Shown one piece after another: positions 25,419 through 34,376 of a DNA stretch of 43,471 nucleotides. The stretch lies in the IMG/VR virus record IMGVR_UViG_3300032261_000021, positions 1 to 43,471 of that record. One strand, written 5' to 3'. The stretch's first letter is position 1. Each line of letters begins with the position of its first letter. Origin of the DNA: a virus (lineage: Duplodnaviria > Caudoviricetes). The position numbers and the translations under genes were made by a program. Below the pieces are notes generated by a model. That model ran no database searches, had not been told where the DNA came from, and saw only the letters and a list, made by a program, of their open reading frames with translations.

Positions 25419-25922
25419 ATGGTAGACAAAAATAAAGTAGCAAAAACTTTGGAGCTCGACGAAGGTTTGGATACAAAGATTTATCCAGACCACTTAGGGT
25501 ATCCAACAGTGGGTATCGGTCACTTACTGACGATGAAAAAGGATTTTGCTCTCGCTGAGCAGATCCTTGACAAACAAGTCGGACGTAAGACTGGCGGTAA
25601 GATCACAAAGGAAGAAGCATATAAGTTGTTTGAGTCGGACATGGCGAAGGCCTTGACTGATATCAACAACAACGATGTACTTCGTAAGGTTTACAACCTT
25701 CTTGATGATAACCGCAAGGTTGCACTGATCAACATGGTGTTCCAGATGGGCCCTACCAGACTGGCGGGTTTCCGTAAGGCTTTGACAGCCATGTCACAGT
25801 CTGACTGGGCGACTACAGAGAAAGAGCTTATCGACTCAAGCTGGTACAACCAGACAAAGAATCGAGCAAAGCGTATCATCTCTATATTTAAAACTGGAAA
25901 TCTTGGAGCTTATGGATTATGA
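25419..25922 (+). CDS. Endolysin, T4 lysozyme family (GH24)
   Basis: DEG..IYPDHLGYPTVGIGH (E-D-T triad), ALINMVFQMG, WYNQTKNRAKR. Confidence 0.95.
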   Translation: MVDKNKVAKTLELDEGLDTKIYPDHLGYPTVGIGHLLTMKKDFALAEQILDKQVGRKTGGKITKEEAYKLFESDMAKALTDINNNDVLRKVYNLLDDNRKVALINMVFQMGPTRLAGFRKALTAMSQSDWATTEKELIDSSWYNQTKNRAKRIISIFKTGNLGAYGL

Positions 25923-26050
25923 TTGAACCTTTAATGGATTACTCTCTATTGCAAGAGTTTATTAATTCAGGCCTTAAAGAAAACAAGAGTCGAGAAGGTG
26001 TTGGCTTTGGTGAAGGTATTAAACACGAAGAGGAGAACTGGGATGTGTAA
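25919..26050 (+). CDS. 43-aa acidic peptide
   Basis: Manual translation MIEPL...GVGFGEGIKHEEENWDV; ATGA-coupled to the endolysin. Confidence 0.55.
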   Translation: MIEPLMDYSLLQEFINSGLKENKSREGVGFGEGIKHEEENWDV

Positions 26051-26135
26051 CGAAGAAAACTGGGCATTCATGAAGTCTGAAGAGGACTGGGGTGTACACG
26101 ATGAGCACCCTGATATCGGATACGGAGAAGGTTAA
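26043..26135 (+). CDS. 30-aa acidic peptide
   Basis: MCNEENWAFMKSEEDWGVHDEHPDIGYGEG; SD GAGGAG; TAATG-coupled to the next gene. Confidence 0.55.
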   Translation: MCNEENWAFMKSEEDWGVHDEHPDIGYGEG

Positions 26136-26755
26136 TGTATTATACTGGGGTAGGTTCTAGAGAAACCCCAGTCGAGATCTGTAGCATCATGGAAGATGCT
26201 GCTTATCGACTGGCAAGAATCGGTGTGATCCTAAGGTCAGGAAAGGCAAAAGGTTCTGATTTCTCCTTCCAAAAGGGTGTTGAAAGGTACATTAGAGAAA
26301 GTGGTTGCTCCCACTGGGCATCTTTGGCGGAGATCTACATACCTAATAAATACTTCGGTGAAAGATCCTTGAAGAATTATTGGGATATGGATCTGGACAC
26401 TATCGACTACATGTTTGAGCAGGAAAAGCTCAGTCATGAGATATTGAGCACAGTGCATAATGCAGATTATCTCCGTGATGAGAGGCAGAGTGCCTACAGG
26501 CTCCATCGTAGGAATATCCACCAAGTTCTAGGCCCTAATTTAGAGATGCCTTTGCCGTCGAAGTTCTGTATCTATTATTGTCCGGAGACAAGAACTGGCA
26601 ACCCTAAAGGTGGAACAGCTACAGCAGTTAAGCTGGCAAAGCAATACGGAACAAGAACACTTAACCTTCTCCACGAAGAGAATCATGCAACACTGGAAAA
26701 GTTCATCCAATCCTTGGAGGTTAAACGTGGCATTCGATCTGAGATTAGTCAATAA
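26135..26755 (+). CDS. SLOG-superfamily (DprA/SMF-like) protein
   Basis: YTGVGSRETP, LRSGKAKGSD, KGGTATA. Confidence 0.75.
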   Translation: MYYTGVGSRETPVEICSIMEDAAYRLARIGVILRSGKAKGSDFSFQKGVERYIRESGCSHWASLAEIYIPNKYFGERSLKNYWDMDLDTIDYMFEQEKLSHEILSTVHNADYLRDERQSAYRLHRRNIHQVLGPNLEMPLPSKFCIYYCPETRTGNPKGGTATAVKLAKQYGTRTLNLLHEENHATLEKFIQSLEVKRGIRSEISQ

Positions 26756-26756
26756 G

Positions 26757-27038
26757 ATGTTTGTATTGGCAAAGGATAATAAAGACAAGTGGGCAGTCCA
26801 CCAGATCCTAGGTAATCGAATATGGACTCTCGGTGTGCCTAGTGAGAAAGTTGGAACGCTCAACAACCTGAAGAAGTTCAGATACCTTCGTAATTGCAAG
26901 ATTGTGAGTAACAAGTTTAAACTTGACGTTGGTGATGTTGTTTACGATACCGATGAAAAAGGCCACAGAAGTGTGTACTATATCCTGTCTGTTATTGAAC
27001 AAGACGATGGGAATTTTGAAACAGTCATTGGACAGTAA
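26757..27038 (+). CDS. Hypothetical protein
   Basis: Start uncertain; ATG directly after the previous stop chosen. Confidence 0.6.
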   Translation: MFVLAKDNKDKWAVHQILGNRIWTLGVPSEKVGTLNNLKKFRYLRNCKIVSNKFKLDVGDVVYDTDEKGHRSVYYILSVIEQDDGNFETVIGQ

Positions 27039-27046
27039 GGAGACAT

Positions 27047-27517
27047 ATGAGCTACAGCCTAACAGCGGTGATCCCACATAAGCGTTTGATGGAACTGAAG
27101 GGATGTGGGGCAGTAATGCCTAGTGTAATCGGAGAGTTAGTCGAGAATATCTACAGATCTGCCATTGATCGTATGACGGATGCTGAAATGGAGAAGTTTA
27201 CCATTAAATTCTTCAGTCCTAGCCGTAAGACTGTCAAGTACCGACAAGAGCGTATGTTTGATACAGCAGAAGAGATGGTTAATCACCTTTATGCCGTGAA
27301 CTGCACCTCTCAACTGGTCCATATGACAGAAGAAGAACAAAAGGATATGGTGTTCCTGTCTAAGGCTGAAACAGCTGCGCGGCGGTGCCAAGAAGTTCTG
27401 GAGTTGTTCAGAAACCACGATGAAGTTACGGCGGATGCTGCCACTTGTGGTATGGTTGATTGGCTTATCCGGAATGAGCGCGTAATCCGCAAAATTGTAG
27501 AGGAGAAAGGACAGTAA
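27047..27517 (+). CDS. Hypothetical protein
   Basis: SD AAGGAG. Confidence 0.75.
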   Translation: MSYSLTAVIPHKRLMELKGCGAVMPSVIGELVENIYRSAIDRMTDAEMEKFTIKFFSPSRKTVKYRQERMFDTAEEMVNHLYAVNCTSQLVHMTEEEQKDMVFLSKAETAARRCQEVLELFRNHDEVTADAATCGMVDWLIRNERVIRKIVEEKGQ

Positions 27518-28077
27518 TGGCGGCATTAAAACCTAAAGGCCAGCGCCGAGAGTACGATGTGTATGAAACACCTGAATGGTGCGTTAAGGCCTTGCTGAAG
27601 ATCATCCCGATCAATAAGGACTGGACCTATGTTGAGCCATGCCGCGCGTCCGGAAGGATCTATAACCACTTACCTATCGGAACAGCTTGGGGAGAGATCC
27701 GTGAAGGTGTAAATTACCTTACTGAGGATTACCCACATGTTGATTGTTGTATTACTAATCCTCCATATTCGGAAGCGCAAGCGTTCGTCGAGAAAGCGAG
27801 AGGTCACAGCGACGTAGTTATCATGCTACTCCGTGGAGGGTTCTTGGGGTCATATGTTCGCCATGAATGGTGGAAGCTAAATAAACCAACATCTCTTTTG
27901 GTGTTCTCCGACAGACCATCGTTCACCGATGACGGGAAGACCGACGGATCTGAATACTTCTGGTATGTATGGGACCCGAAAAACCGACTAGGCTTGGACC
28001 CATTCTACTTCCTGTCAGCAGAGGATGGCGGGTGGAATAAACCACGTGACCGTGGCAAGGGCAAGACTAAAAAGTAA
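27517..28077 (+). CDS. Orphan DNA amino-methyltransferase (probably m6A)
   Basis: YETP, EPC..SG, ITNPPY. Confidence 0.85.
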   Translation: MAALKPKGQRREYDVYETPEWCVKALLKIIPINKDWTYVEPCRASGRIYNHLPIGTAWGEIREGVNYLTEDYPHVDCCITNPPYSEAQAFVEKARGHSDVVIMLLRGGFLGSYVRHEWWKLNKPTSLLVFSDRPSFTDDGKTDGSEYFWYVWDPKNRLGLDPFYFLSAEDGGWNKPRDRGKGKTKK

Positions 28078-28089
28078 TACTCCCTACAG

Positions 28090-28119
28090 AGGCCACCTTC
28101 GGGTGGCCTTTTTGTTTTT
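28090..28119 (+). terminator. Intrinsic terminator
   Basis: AGGCCACC-TTCG-GGTGGCCT plus T tract; same sequence as at 11584. Confidence 0.9.
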
Positions 28120-28123
28120 ATTC

Positions 28124-28153
28124 TTGACACACAGAGATAAAAAGCATTATACT
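28124..28153 (+). promoter_or_regulatory. sigma70 promoter
   Basis: TTGACA-18nt-TATACT. Confidence 0.7.
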
Positions 28154-28177
28154 CTCACCATACACAGGAGATACCAA

Positions 28178-28444
28178 ATGAAATACTTCATCTACAGTAA
28201 GCCACTAGTAAGCGTCAAGTATCAAAAGTTCATTGGTACACTAATCCAAGTGAGCCGAGAAGAGATTGATGGAATTGAAGCCCGCCGGACTGTTGTAATC
28301 GGAACAGAAGAAGAGTATAATCGCTTAGACAAGATGATGAGTCTTTCAAGAAGTTCAGAAGATGATGGTTGGTGTGTCCTAGATAACAAACGCACAGAGA
28401 AGAATTTAATCGAACTTATAAAATATTGGAGGAGTTTAAAATGA
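28178..28444 (+). CDS. Hypothetical protein
   Basis: Start at MKYFI after AGGAG. Confidence 0.7.
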   Translation: MKYFIYSKPLVSVKYQKFIGTLIQVSREEIDGIEARRTVVIGTEEEYNRLDKMMSLSRSSEDDGWCVLDNKRTEKNLIELIKYWRSLK

Positions 28445-28686
28445 CAGAAGACAATAAGGAATGGAGAGTAGAGTTTGCGTTTGAAGACGACGAGTCAGCG
28501 GACATGGATCTTCTAGGCGAGATCACAGCATACAAGGATATGTGGGTATCTTGCATAACTGTAATTGGAAATTCAATCCACATGACTGTTGAGTCGGCTT
28601 CAGGACATGCTGAGTACGATATCCGACGCATTGCTGAACATTATTCTTATTTGGTGTATTCCAAACCGGAAGAGGTAATGTATTGA
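28441..28686 (+). CDS. Hypothetical acidic protein
   Basis: SD GGAGGAG. Confidence 0.7.
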   Translation: MTEDNKEWRVEFAFEDDESADMDLLGEITAYKDMWVSCITVIGNSIHMTVESASGHAEYDIRRIAEHYSYLVYSKPEEVMY

Positions 28687-28922
28687 TGATTAAGAATTAT
28701 TACAAGTTCCTATATATCATACCAGAGGCATTCCTGAGGGATGCTAGTAATAGGGTGGATCACCACACGTTCCTAGGAGACATCTCCATTGGTGTTCCTT
28801 ACGATGGTACAATAATTGTCTGCGTCAATTGCGATGCAGAGGAGTCTCTTGATTACTGGTTAGAAGAGTGGGAAGAATACAGGGTGAAAGTAGTACAGGA
28901 GAGCAATGATGACAAGTCGTGA
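28683..28922 (+). CDS. Hypothetical protein
   Basis: Coupled ORF. Confidence 0.65.
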   Translation: MMIKNYYKFLYIIPEAFLRDASNRVDHHTFLGDISIGVPYDGTIIVCVNCDAEESLDYWLEEWEEYRVKVVQESNDDKS

Positions 28923-29199
28923 ACAGTTTGAGAAAGCATGGGAAACAAACAACGAATGCGACCCTATGGATGGCTGGGAAAACCTACGTTGTGAAGATGG
29001 CTACACTGACGAGGTAATTGACGGTCAATGGTGGGCATGGCAAGCAAGCCGCGAGGCTGTGGAGGTAGAGCTTCCAACAGCAGAGCCAGATAGAGGATCC
29101 GATTCTCAAGTCGATATTAGTGCGGGTTTTTCTAACAGGATGCGCTCTAAATGTATTGAATCTATCCGCGCCGCTGGCATCAAGGTTAAGGGGGAGTGA
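28906..29199 (+). CDS. Conserved phage hypothetical protein (SREQFE...WQASR type)
   Basis: Motifs typical of small enterobacterial phage proteins. Confidence 0.7.
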   Translation: MMTSREQFEKAWETNNECDPMDGWENLRCEDGYTDEVIDGQWWAWQASREAVEVELPTAEPDRGSDSQVDISAGFSNRMRSKCIESIRAAGIKVKGE

Positions 29200-30482
29200 T
29201 GAAAATTTATAGGGTTGGTGGTTGTGTCCGAGACTGGTTAATGGGCATTACCCCTCGCGACTATGACTACGTTGTTGTCGGTTCAACACCGGAGGAGATG
29301 CTAAGCCTAGGCTACACTCAGGTTGGATCATCATTTCCTGTGTTCTTACATCCCGAGACAAAAGAAGAGTATGCTTTGGCCCGAAGTGAAATTTCAACAG
29401 GACCTCTTCATACTGACTTCGCGGTTGATTTTTCACCAAACACATCTCTGGAAGACGACCTGAAACGTCGTGATCTAACAATCAACGCCATCGCTTTTGA
29501 TGTTGAAACAGGTGAGTTTATTGACCCTTACGGTGGATTGGAAGACATTGAGAACAAGGTGGTGCGGGCAACATCTTCAGCTTTTGCTGAGGACCCACTA
29601 CGTGTTTACCGTGTAGCTCGGTTCATGGCAACCTTGGAGGGAGAATGGACACTTGATTCTTTCACGTTCGCAATGATGAAGGAATTGGCACCAAGCTTGA
29701 CGTACATGCACATTAACCGACGATGGACTGAGTTCAGCAAGATGCTATCACACCCAAAAGCAAAAGTACGTAACTGGTTCATCGTTCTGGAGGCGTTGGG
29801 TGTTGAGTACGTCATGAAAGACATGCATGATATCCCGCAACCTGCCCTGCATCATCCGGAAGGAGATGTGTGGGAACATATCATGCAAGTTGTAGAAGCT
29901 GGCGGGGAATATTGTTCAGGCATCGTTCGATATGGGGCCTTATTGCACGATATTGGTAAACCTTACTGCTTCCAACGTCAAGGGAATCTGCACGGTCACG
30001 AAGGGGAGGGAGAACGTCTGGCTGGGATCATTAGCGCCGCATGGGGGGCACCAAAGAAATGGAGGACATTTGCTGAGGTTGTTGCCAAATATCATGGAAA
30101 AGCCCACGGAGTGTTTGCAATGAAGCCAGTAAACGTGTACCGTATGCTGAAAGATATCGCCCGCCGTGGTGTGGATATGGAAGATTTTATCCGTGTATGT
30201 GAAATGGATTCAAGAGGTCGTGGACCTGATAACTTCAACAGGGATTACTCACAAGCAAAATACATCCGTGCCGTGTACCGTGCAATGATGAACCCATACA
30301 TCCGTGATAAGGTTTCATCTGAGATAATTTCTCTCCGTGAGAAAGGTCGAGGGCCGGAGGTCTTGAAGGACAGATCTCTTGCTTTGTGGGGTGATATTGT
30401 ATCTAATGTATCTAAGACGTATAAATTGGTCGAGGATGAGATGGCAGATATCGAGGAGATTTTAAAAGGAGAAAGAACATGA
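29196..30482 (+). CDS. cca: tRNA nucleotidyltransferase (CCA-adding) with HD domain
   Basis: VGGCVRD..DYDYVV, RRDLTINA, EDPLR, HHPEGD, LLHDIGK. Confidence 0.93.
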   Translation: MMKIYRVGGCVRDWLMGITPRDYDYVVVGSTPEEMLSLGYTQVGSSFPVFLHPETKEEYALARSEISTGPLHTDFAVDFSPNTSLEDDLKRRDLTINAIAFDVETGEFIDPYGGLEDIENKVVRATSSAFAEDPLRVYRVARFMATLEGEWTLDSFTFAMMKELAPSLTYMHINRRWTEFSKMLSHPKAKVRNWFIVLEALGVEYVMKDMHDIPQPALHHPEGDVWEHIMQVVEAGGEYCSGIVRYGALLHDIGKPYCFQRQGNLHGHEGEGERLAGIISAAWGAPKKWRTFAEVVAKYHGKAHGVFAMKPVNVYRMLKDIARRGVDMEDFIRVCEMDSRGRGPDNFNRDYSQAKYIRAVYRAMMNPYIRDKVSSEIISLREKGRGPEVLKDRSLALWGDIVSNVSKTYKLVEDEMADIEEILKGERT

Positions 30483-30805
30483 CAGGTGAACAGTTTGTAG
30501 AGTTGTGGTTTGGATCTTTGTTTTGTGGTTGGGATTTCTTAGGGGAGAATACAGCACTGACCTATTTCTTAGTTGGCGCAGCCATAGGTGCTATTTTATG
30601 CAACAACATCTTTTGTAAGGGGTACATAGAGGATGTGGATGCATTAGGTGCGGGGATAATTTATGTGGCAATTTTCTCACTCTCTACTTTATTCTGGGGA
30701 TTATTGCCCGCAGTAGTTATACCAATTTATGTGCTTGTGGTTTTACTTGCCACTATCAACGACCAAATTGGGAAATCAAGAACAGACGTCCGGAGGAAGA
30801 AATGA
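30479..30805 (+). CDS. Membrane protein
   Basis: Multiple hydrophobic segments. Confidence 0.7.
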   Translation: MTGEQFVELWFGSLFCGWDFLGENTALTYFLVGAAIGAILCNNIFCKGYIEDVDALGAGIIYVAIFSLSTLFWGLLPAVVIPIYVLVVLLATINDQIGKSRTDVRRKK

Positions 30806-31260
30806 AAGTCAGTGAACTAATTAAAGAATTACAGAAGTGTGATCCAAACCATACAGTTGCGATCAATGTCCAAACTTTAGGGTTATCTCTGGGGCCATCT
30901 CCCTCTGTGACGCCAGATAGGGTGATTAAAGGTTTCGATTGGAACAGTGGATCAGTTTTCCTTACTTTCGGAGAGAAAAACCTTGCATTGCTGGAGCGAG
31001 AGGAGTATCTTAACCTCATTAAGTTCTTGCAGAGCTCCGGAACAATGAGCACTCATGAAGTTAATAAGCGGTATCTGGCCCGACGTGAAGAGGCACTGAA
31101 GCAAGAGATCGTTGAATTTATACGGGGCAGTTGTAACGGTGATGTACCAAACTGCGAGGAGGATGTTTACCAAGTGGATAATTTCCTGATCAACGCACCA
31201 GAGGTTTTGGACAAGATCTGTAAGAAGTTTAATATTTATACTGAAGGAGATGATGAATAA
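30802..31260 (+). CDS. Hypothetical protein
   Basis: MKVSELIKELQK phage-type N-terminus. Confidence 0.7.
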   Translation: MKVSELIKELQKCDPNHTVAINVQTLGLSLGPSPSVTPDRVIKGFDWNSGSVFLTFGEKNLALLEREEYLNLIKFLQSSGTMSTHEVNKRYLARREEALKQEIVEFIRGSCNGDVPNCEEDVYQVDNFLINAPEVLDKICKKFNIYTEGDDE

Positions 31261-31637
31261 TGATTACCCCTATTGTTCTAGTTTACATTTTGTTGGCAGC
31301 AAACGTAGTATCGGTTATTTTAACCCTGCGTACACTTGGGGCTGTCATCAAGAAAGGACCTAAGTTGACAGATATGACAAAATCGTTGAAGATTCTCACA
31401 ACGTTTGTGGCATTTGTTATCGGTTCGGCATACTACGTAGTAGCCACAACATTTGGAGGTGTTACTGGGTACTTGGTTGCTGTTTTATGGGTATCATCTT
31501 CTCTGCCCTCCATTATCCAAGTGTTGGGGGCAGGACGTAGTGTTCTTTTGGAGTCAAAAGATAATCTATACGCCGCTTTGTGGGTAGGACTGTTCCAGTC
31601 TATCCTTTTCATTATCTTGGCTGTAAGCTACTCATAA
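31260..31637 (+). CDS. Four-TM membrane protein
   Basis: Hydrophobic segments. Confidence 0.75.
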   Translation: MITPIVLVYILLAANVVSVILTLRTLGAVIKKGPKLTDMTKSLKILTTFVAFVIGSAYYVVATTFGGVTGYLVAVLWVSSSLPSIIQVLGAGRSVLLESKDNLYAALWVGLFQSILFIILAVSYS

Positions 31638-31681
31638 ATAAAAGGGGCACTTTGTGCCCCAAACTCTAAGAAGGAAAAAAT

Positions 31682-32743
31682 ATGAAATCATATCAACTGT
31701 TAACATGTTTAAGCGGTAGCCGAGCATACGGCACAGACCTTCCAGAGTCAGACACCGATATTCGAGGTATTTTCTGTGCTGAGCCGAAATTTATCCGCAC
31801 CCCCTTCTTTAACTGCAATGAACTGAGTATTGCAGAGGAAGAAGATACCAAATATTATGAACTTACTAACTTCATGAAGCTCTTTGTTGGTCAGAACCCA
31901 AATATCATGGAGATCCTTTTCTGTGATGATCAGGATGTGCTTAGGATGACTTCAGAGGGAGCATATCTTCGAATGATGGCCCCTGATCTTCTGTCAAAAG
32001 AGTCAGCAAAGAAATTCTGTGGGTTTGCCAATGGACAACTAAAACGTATCACTGGGCACAATAAGTGGATTATGAACCCACAGCCTGATGAATGCCCTGC
32101 GATGATTGATCATATCCATTTGGTTCAGAGTTTCCTACACAATAATCAGGGTGGAATGACTACCAAACGGGCCCGTCATATCCTTAAGGTTCAAAACTCA
32201 ACGCATAAGCTTATTCCTTATGGTGGTAACATGTACGGGTTGATTGAGGATTTCCATAATGGTGGTTGCATTGCAGATGACGGGAGTATCATAAAGCGTG
32301 ACTACAAAAACTTCTCAGACTCCGAGAAATCAATGACACCGATAATGATCGTGAGCTATGACCCAGTTGAGCATGAGAAGGCCAAGAAGGATTGGACTAA
32401 TTACTGGGAGTGGAAGAAGAACCGTAACCCTGTACGTCATTCTCTGGAAGAGCAATTTGGATATGACACAAAACATGGTATGCATATCGTAAGGCTTCTA
32501 CGTATGGCTGAGGAGATCTTGACAGAGGGTACTGTTATTGTTCGCCGCCATGATGCTGATGAGTTGAAAGCTATCCGAGCCGGATCTTGGACATTACAGC
32601 AGATGTTGGAGTGGGCAGAAGAGAAGAGCGACCTGATCTTAGGGAAGCTATACAAGGAGTCAACTCTTCCAGAAACAACAGACTTAAACCTCGCAGCAGA
32701 TATCTTGATGGAGGTGCAAGAGTCATGCTGGAAGGAGATCTGA
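31682..32743 (+). CDS. Nucleotidyltransferase, RlaP / T4 NrdC.11-like
   Basis: GSRAYGT..ESDTDIRG, NPNIMEIL, YDTKHGMHIVRL. Confidence 0.85.
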   Translation: MKSYQLLTCLSGSRAYGTDLPESDTDIRGIFCAEPKFIRTPFFNCNELSIAEEEDTKYYELTNFMKLFVGQNPNIMEILFCDDQDVLRMTSEGAYLRMMAPDLLSKESAKKFCGFANGQLKRITGHNKWIMNPQPDECPAMIDHIHLVQSFLHNNQGGMTTKRARHILKVQNSTHKLIPYGGNMYGLIEDFHNGGCIADDGSIIKRDYKNFSDSEKSMTPIMIVSYDPVEHEKAKKDWTNYWEWKKNRNPVRHSLEEQFGYDTKHGMHIVRLLRMAEEILTEGTVIVRRHDADELKAIRAGSWTLQQMLEWAEEKSDLILGKLYKESTLPETTDLNLAADILMEVQESCWKEI

Positions 32744-32967
32744 TGGCATCGTTTGCTGTTTTATGCTTGTTGGTGTATGTTGTGATCTCGCTTTGGTTCT
32801 TTTCTATGACAGTCGGAGATAAAAGACTCAGGGATCACTTCGGAGTCACATCAAAGACTGCTTGGGAGGACAAGTGTTGGGTCATGGGGGTATGGTGGTT
32901 CTTGTTTTTACCTTTTGTTTGGTATGTGTATTGGGATCTGAATAGAAATTCAAATAAAGTGGTATAA
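32743..32967 (+). CDS. Small membrane protein
   Basis: Start MASFA after AAGGAG; two TM segments. Confidence 0.7.
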   Translation: MASFAVLCLLVYVVISLWFFSMTVGDKRLRDHFGVTSKTAWEDKCWVMGVWWFLFLPFVWYVYWDLNRNSNKVV

Positions 32968-33004
32968 GCCGCCTTAAAAATTGTGCATTTTGTTATTAAG
33001 GTAT

Positions 33005-33128
33005 TTAATCTTAATTAATCGCATTTAATCACAAATCGTCACAAAGTAGTGCCAGAGTACAACAAACAGTGGGCTTGGCTGATCCGCTGGTTATTTTACG
33101 TTTTCTTCTTGTTGTACAGACATACTAC
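33005..33128. repeat. Helically phased short repeats plus inverted repeat
   Basis: TTAATC at 33005, 33015, 33025; TCACAAA at 33029, 33039; GTACAACAA/TTGTTGTAC. Confidence 0.55.
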
Positions 33129-33204
33129 GGGATACCTGAAGGTACAGCTGTTCCATCAAACACCTTTGTGATAAAATGGCACCAGACGCAGAAGGAGAAT
33201 AAAT

Positions 33205-33687
33205 ATGTTTTACTCTTATGTTCGAAATCTGCCGATGGTGGACCAGAACTTTTCGGCCCTGTTGCGGGGAGCATTAATAAATACTAAGTCTGGGAGCATC
33301 CGGATGGTTAGAGAGGATAGAAAGGGAAAAGACATACGATCCTTCTCTATCAGGGACAGCCATGAGGATATTATGTTCCACCTTGAGGATAAGGCCATGA
33401 CGGTTACTCACAACCTAAGGACAGGTCGTGATGTTAGGACCTATACCATAAAGCCACATTCTCCACTTCGACCATTCGCTATAGAGAATTTTGAGATCGG
33501 TGATCGGCGCGATGTCAGACGGATGCTCCACCTTATACAGACCTTGAGTGTTGAGTACCGGAAGCAGAGAAGTCTTTTGTCACGAACAAGGAAAGTTTTA
33601 AGGGATCCTAAAACACAAATTAGTTTGATTTGCGGTTCAATTTATGTCATAGTGACAGTGTTCTTAATGATACACGACTTCCTATGA
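33205..33687 (+). CDS. Hypothetical protein with C-terminal TM anchor
   Basis: SD AAGGAG; hydrophobic C-terminus. Confidence 0.75.
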   Translation: MFYSYVRNLPMVDQNFSALLRGALINTKSGSIRMVREDRKGKDIRSFSIRDSHEDIMFHLEDKAMTVTHNLRTGRDVRTYTIKPHSPLRPFAIENFEIGDRRDVRRMLHLIQTLSVEYRKQRSLLSRTRKVLRDPKTQISLICGSIYVIVTVFLMIHDFL

Positions 33688-33706
33688 CTCAAAGACCGCC
33701 ATTTTA

Positions 33707-33741
33707 AGGCCGGACCTCTTTGGGGTTCGGCCTTTTTGTTT
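33707..33741 (+). terminator. Intrinsic terminator
   Basis: AAGGCCGGACC/GGTTCGGCCTT plus T tract. Confidence 0.75.
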
Positions 33742-33752
33742 GGAGAAAATAA

Positions 33753-34376
33753 ATGATCGATCCAGAAGAATACCTAGAGATCAACCTGCGAGATGATAAT
33801 CTACAAAGGTATGTGAAACTTATGAAGCGTTGGCTACCAGAGACAGAAATCCACAGCCGAAATGACGGTGGAGTGATAATCCCCTCACCGAAGACACTCT
33901 CTGGTATATACCGAAGCGGGGCAGGAGAGGTAGGGTATGATAAGAAGGGCAGTAGTGATTACGACACAGGCGTGATATCCCTTATAGGAACAAGGTTAGA
34001 GGTTTCTAGTGGTGTGTCTTTCCTAACAATAAGAAAGGACTATAACGATACCAAATCTAAGAGCTTGTCACGAATGACGGGAGTGTCGCAAGATAAGACA
34101 AACTACTGGGCAATTATGGATTCTAATGCCATTAGTAACGAAGCTGAGATATCAACAGAGGGTTTGCTGGTAGATGAACTGTCTTCTACCATCTCCGCCA
34201 GAGAGCTTAAGCTGATCACTATGCTCATGCCTGATTTCTTAAACCACTTTGAATGGTTCATGGAGGTATACAGGAAGTCTCTGGCTAAGGCGATCACCAA
34301 GTCGATATTGAACCAGAACGTGTCTGACGGGGTGGCTTTTTTGAAGGAATCTTTGTATAAGGCGGAGTTCCAATGA
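33753..34376 (+). CDS. Hypothetical protein
   Basis: ORF, SD GGAG. Confidence 0.75.
   Translation: MIDPEEYLEINLRDDNLQRYVKLMKRWLPETEIHSRNDGGVIIPSPKTLSGIYRSGAGEVGYDKKGSSDYDTGVISLIGTRLEVSSGVSFLTIRKDYNDTKSKSLSRMTGVSQDKTNYWAIMDSNAISNEAEISTEGLLVDELSSTISARELKLITMLMPDFLNHFEWFMEVYRKSLAKAITKSILNQNVSDGVAFLKESLYKAEFQ

Noticed and set aside
26025-26100. CRISPR-like repeats
   Set aside because: Repeats are short, degenerate, irregularly spaced and coding; no cas genes in the window
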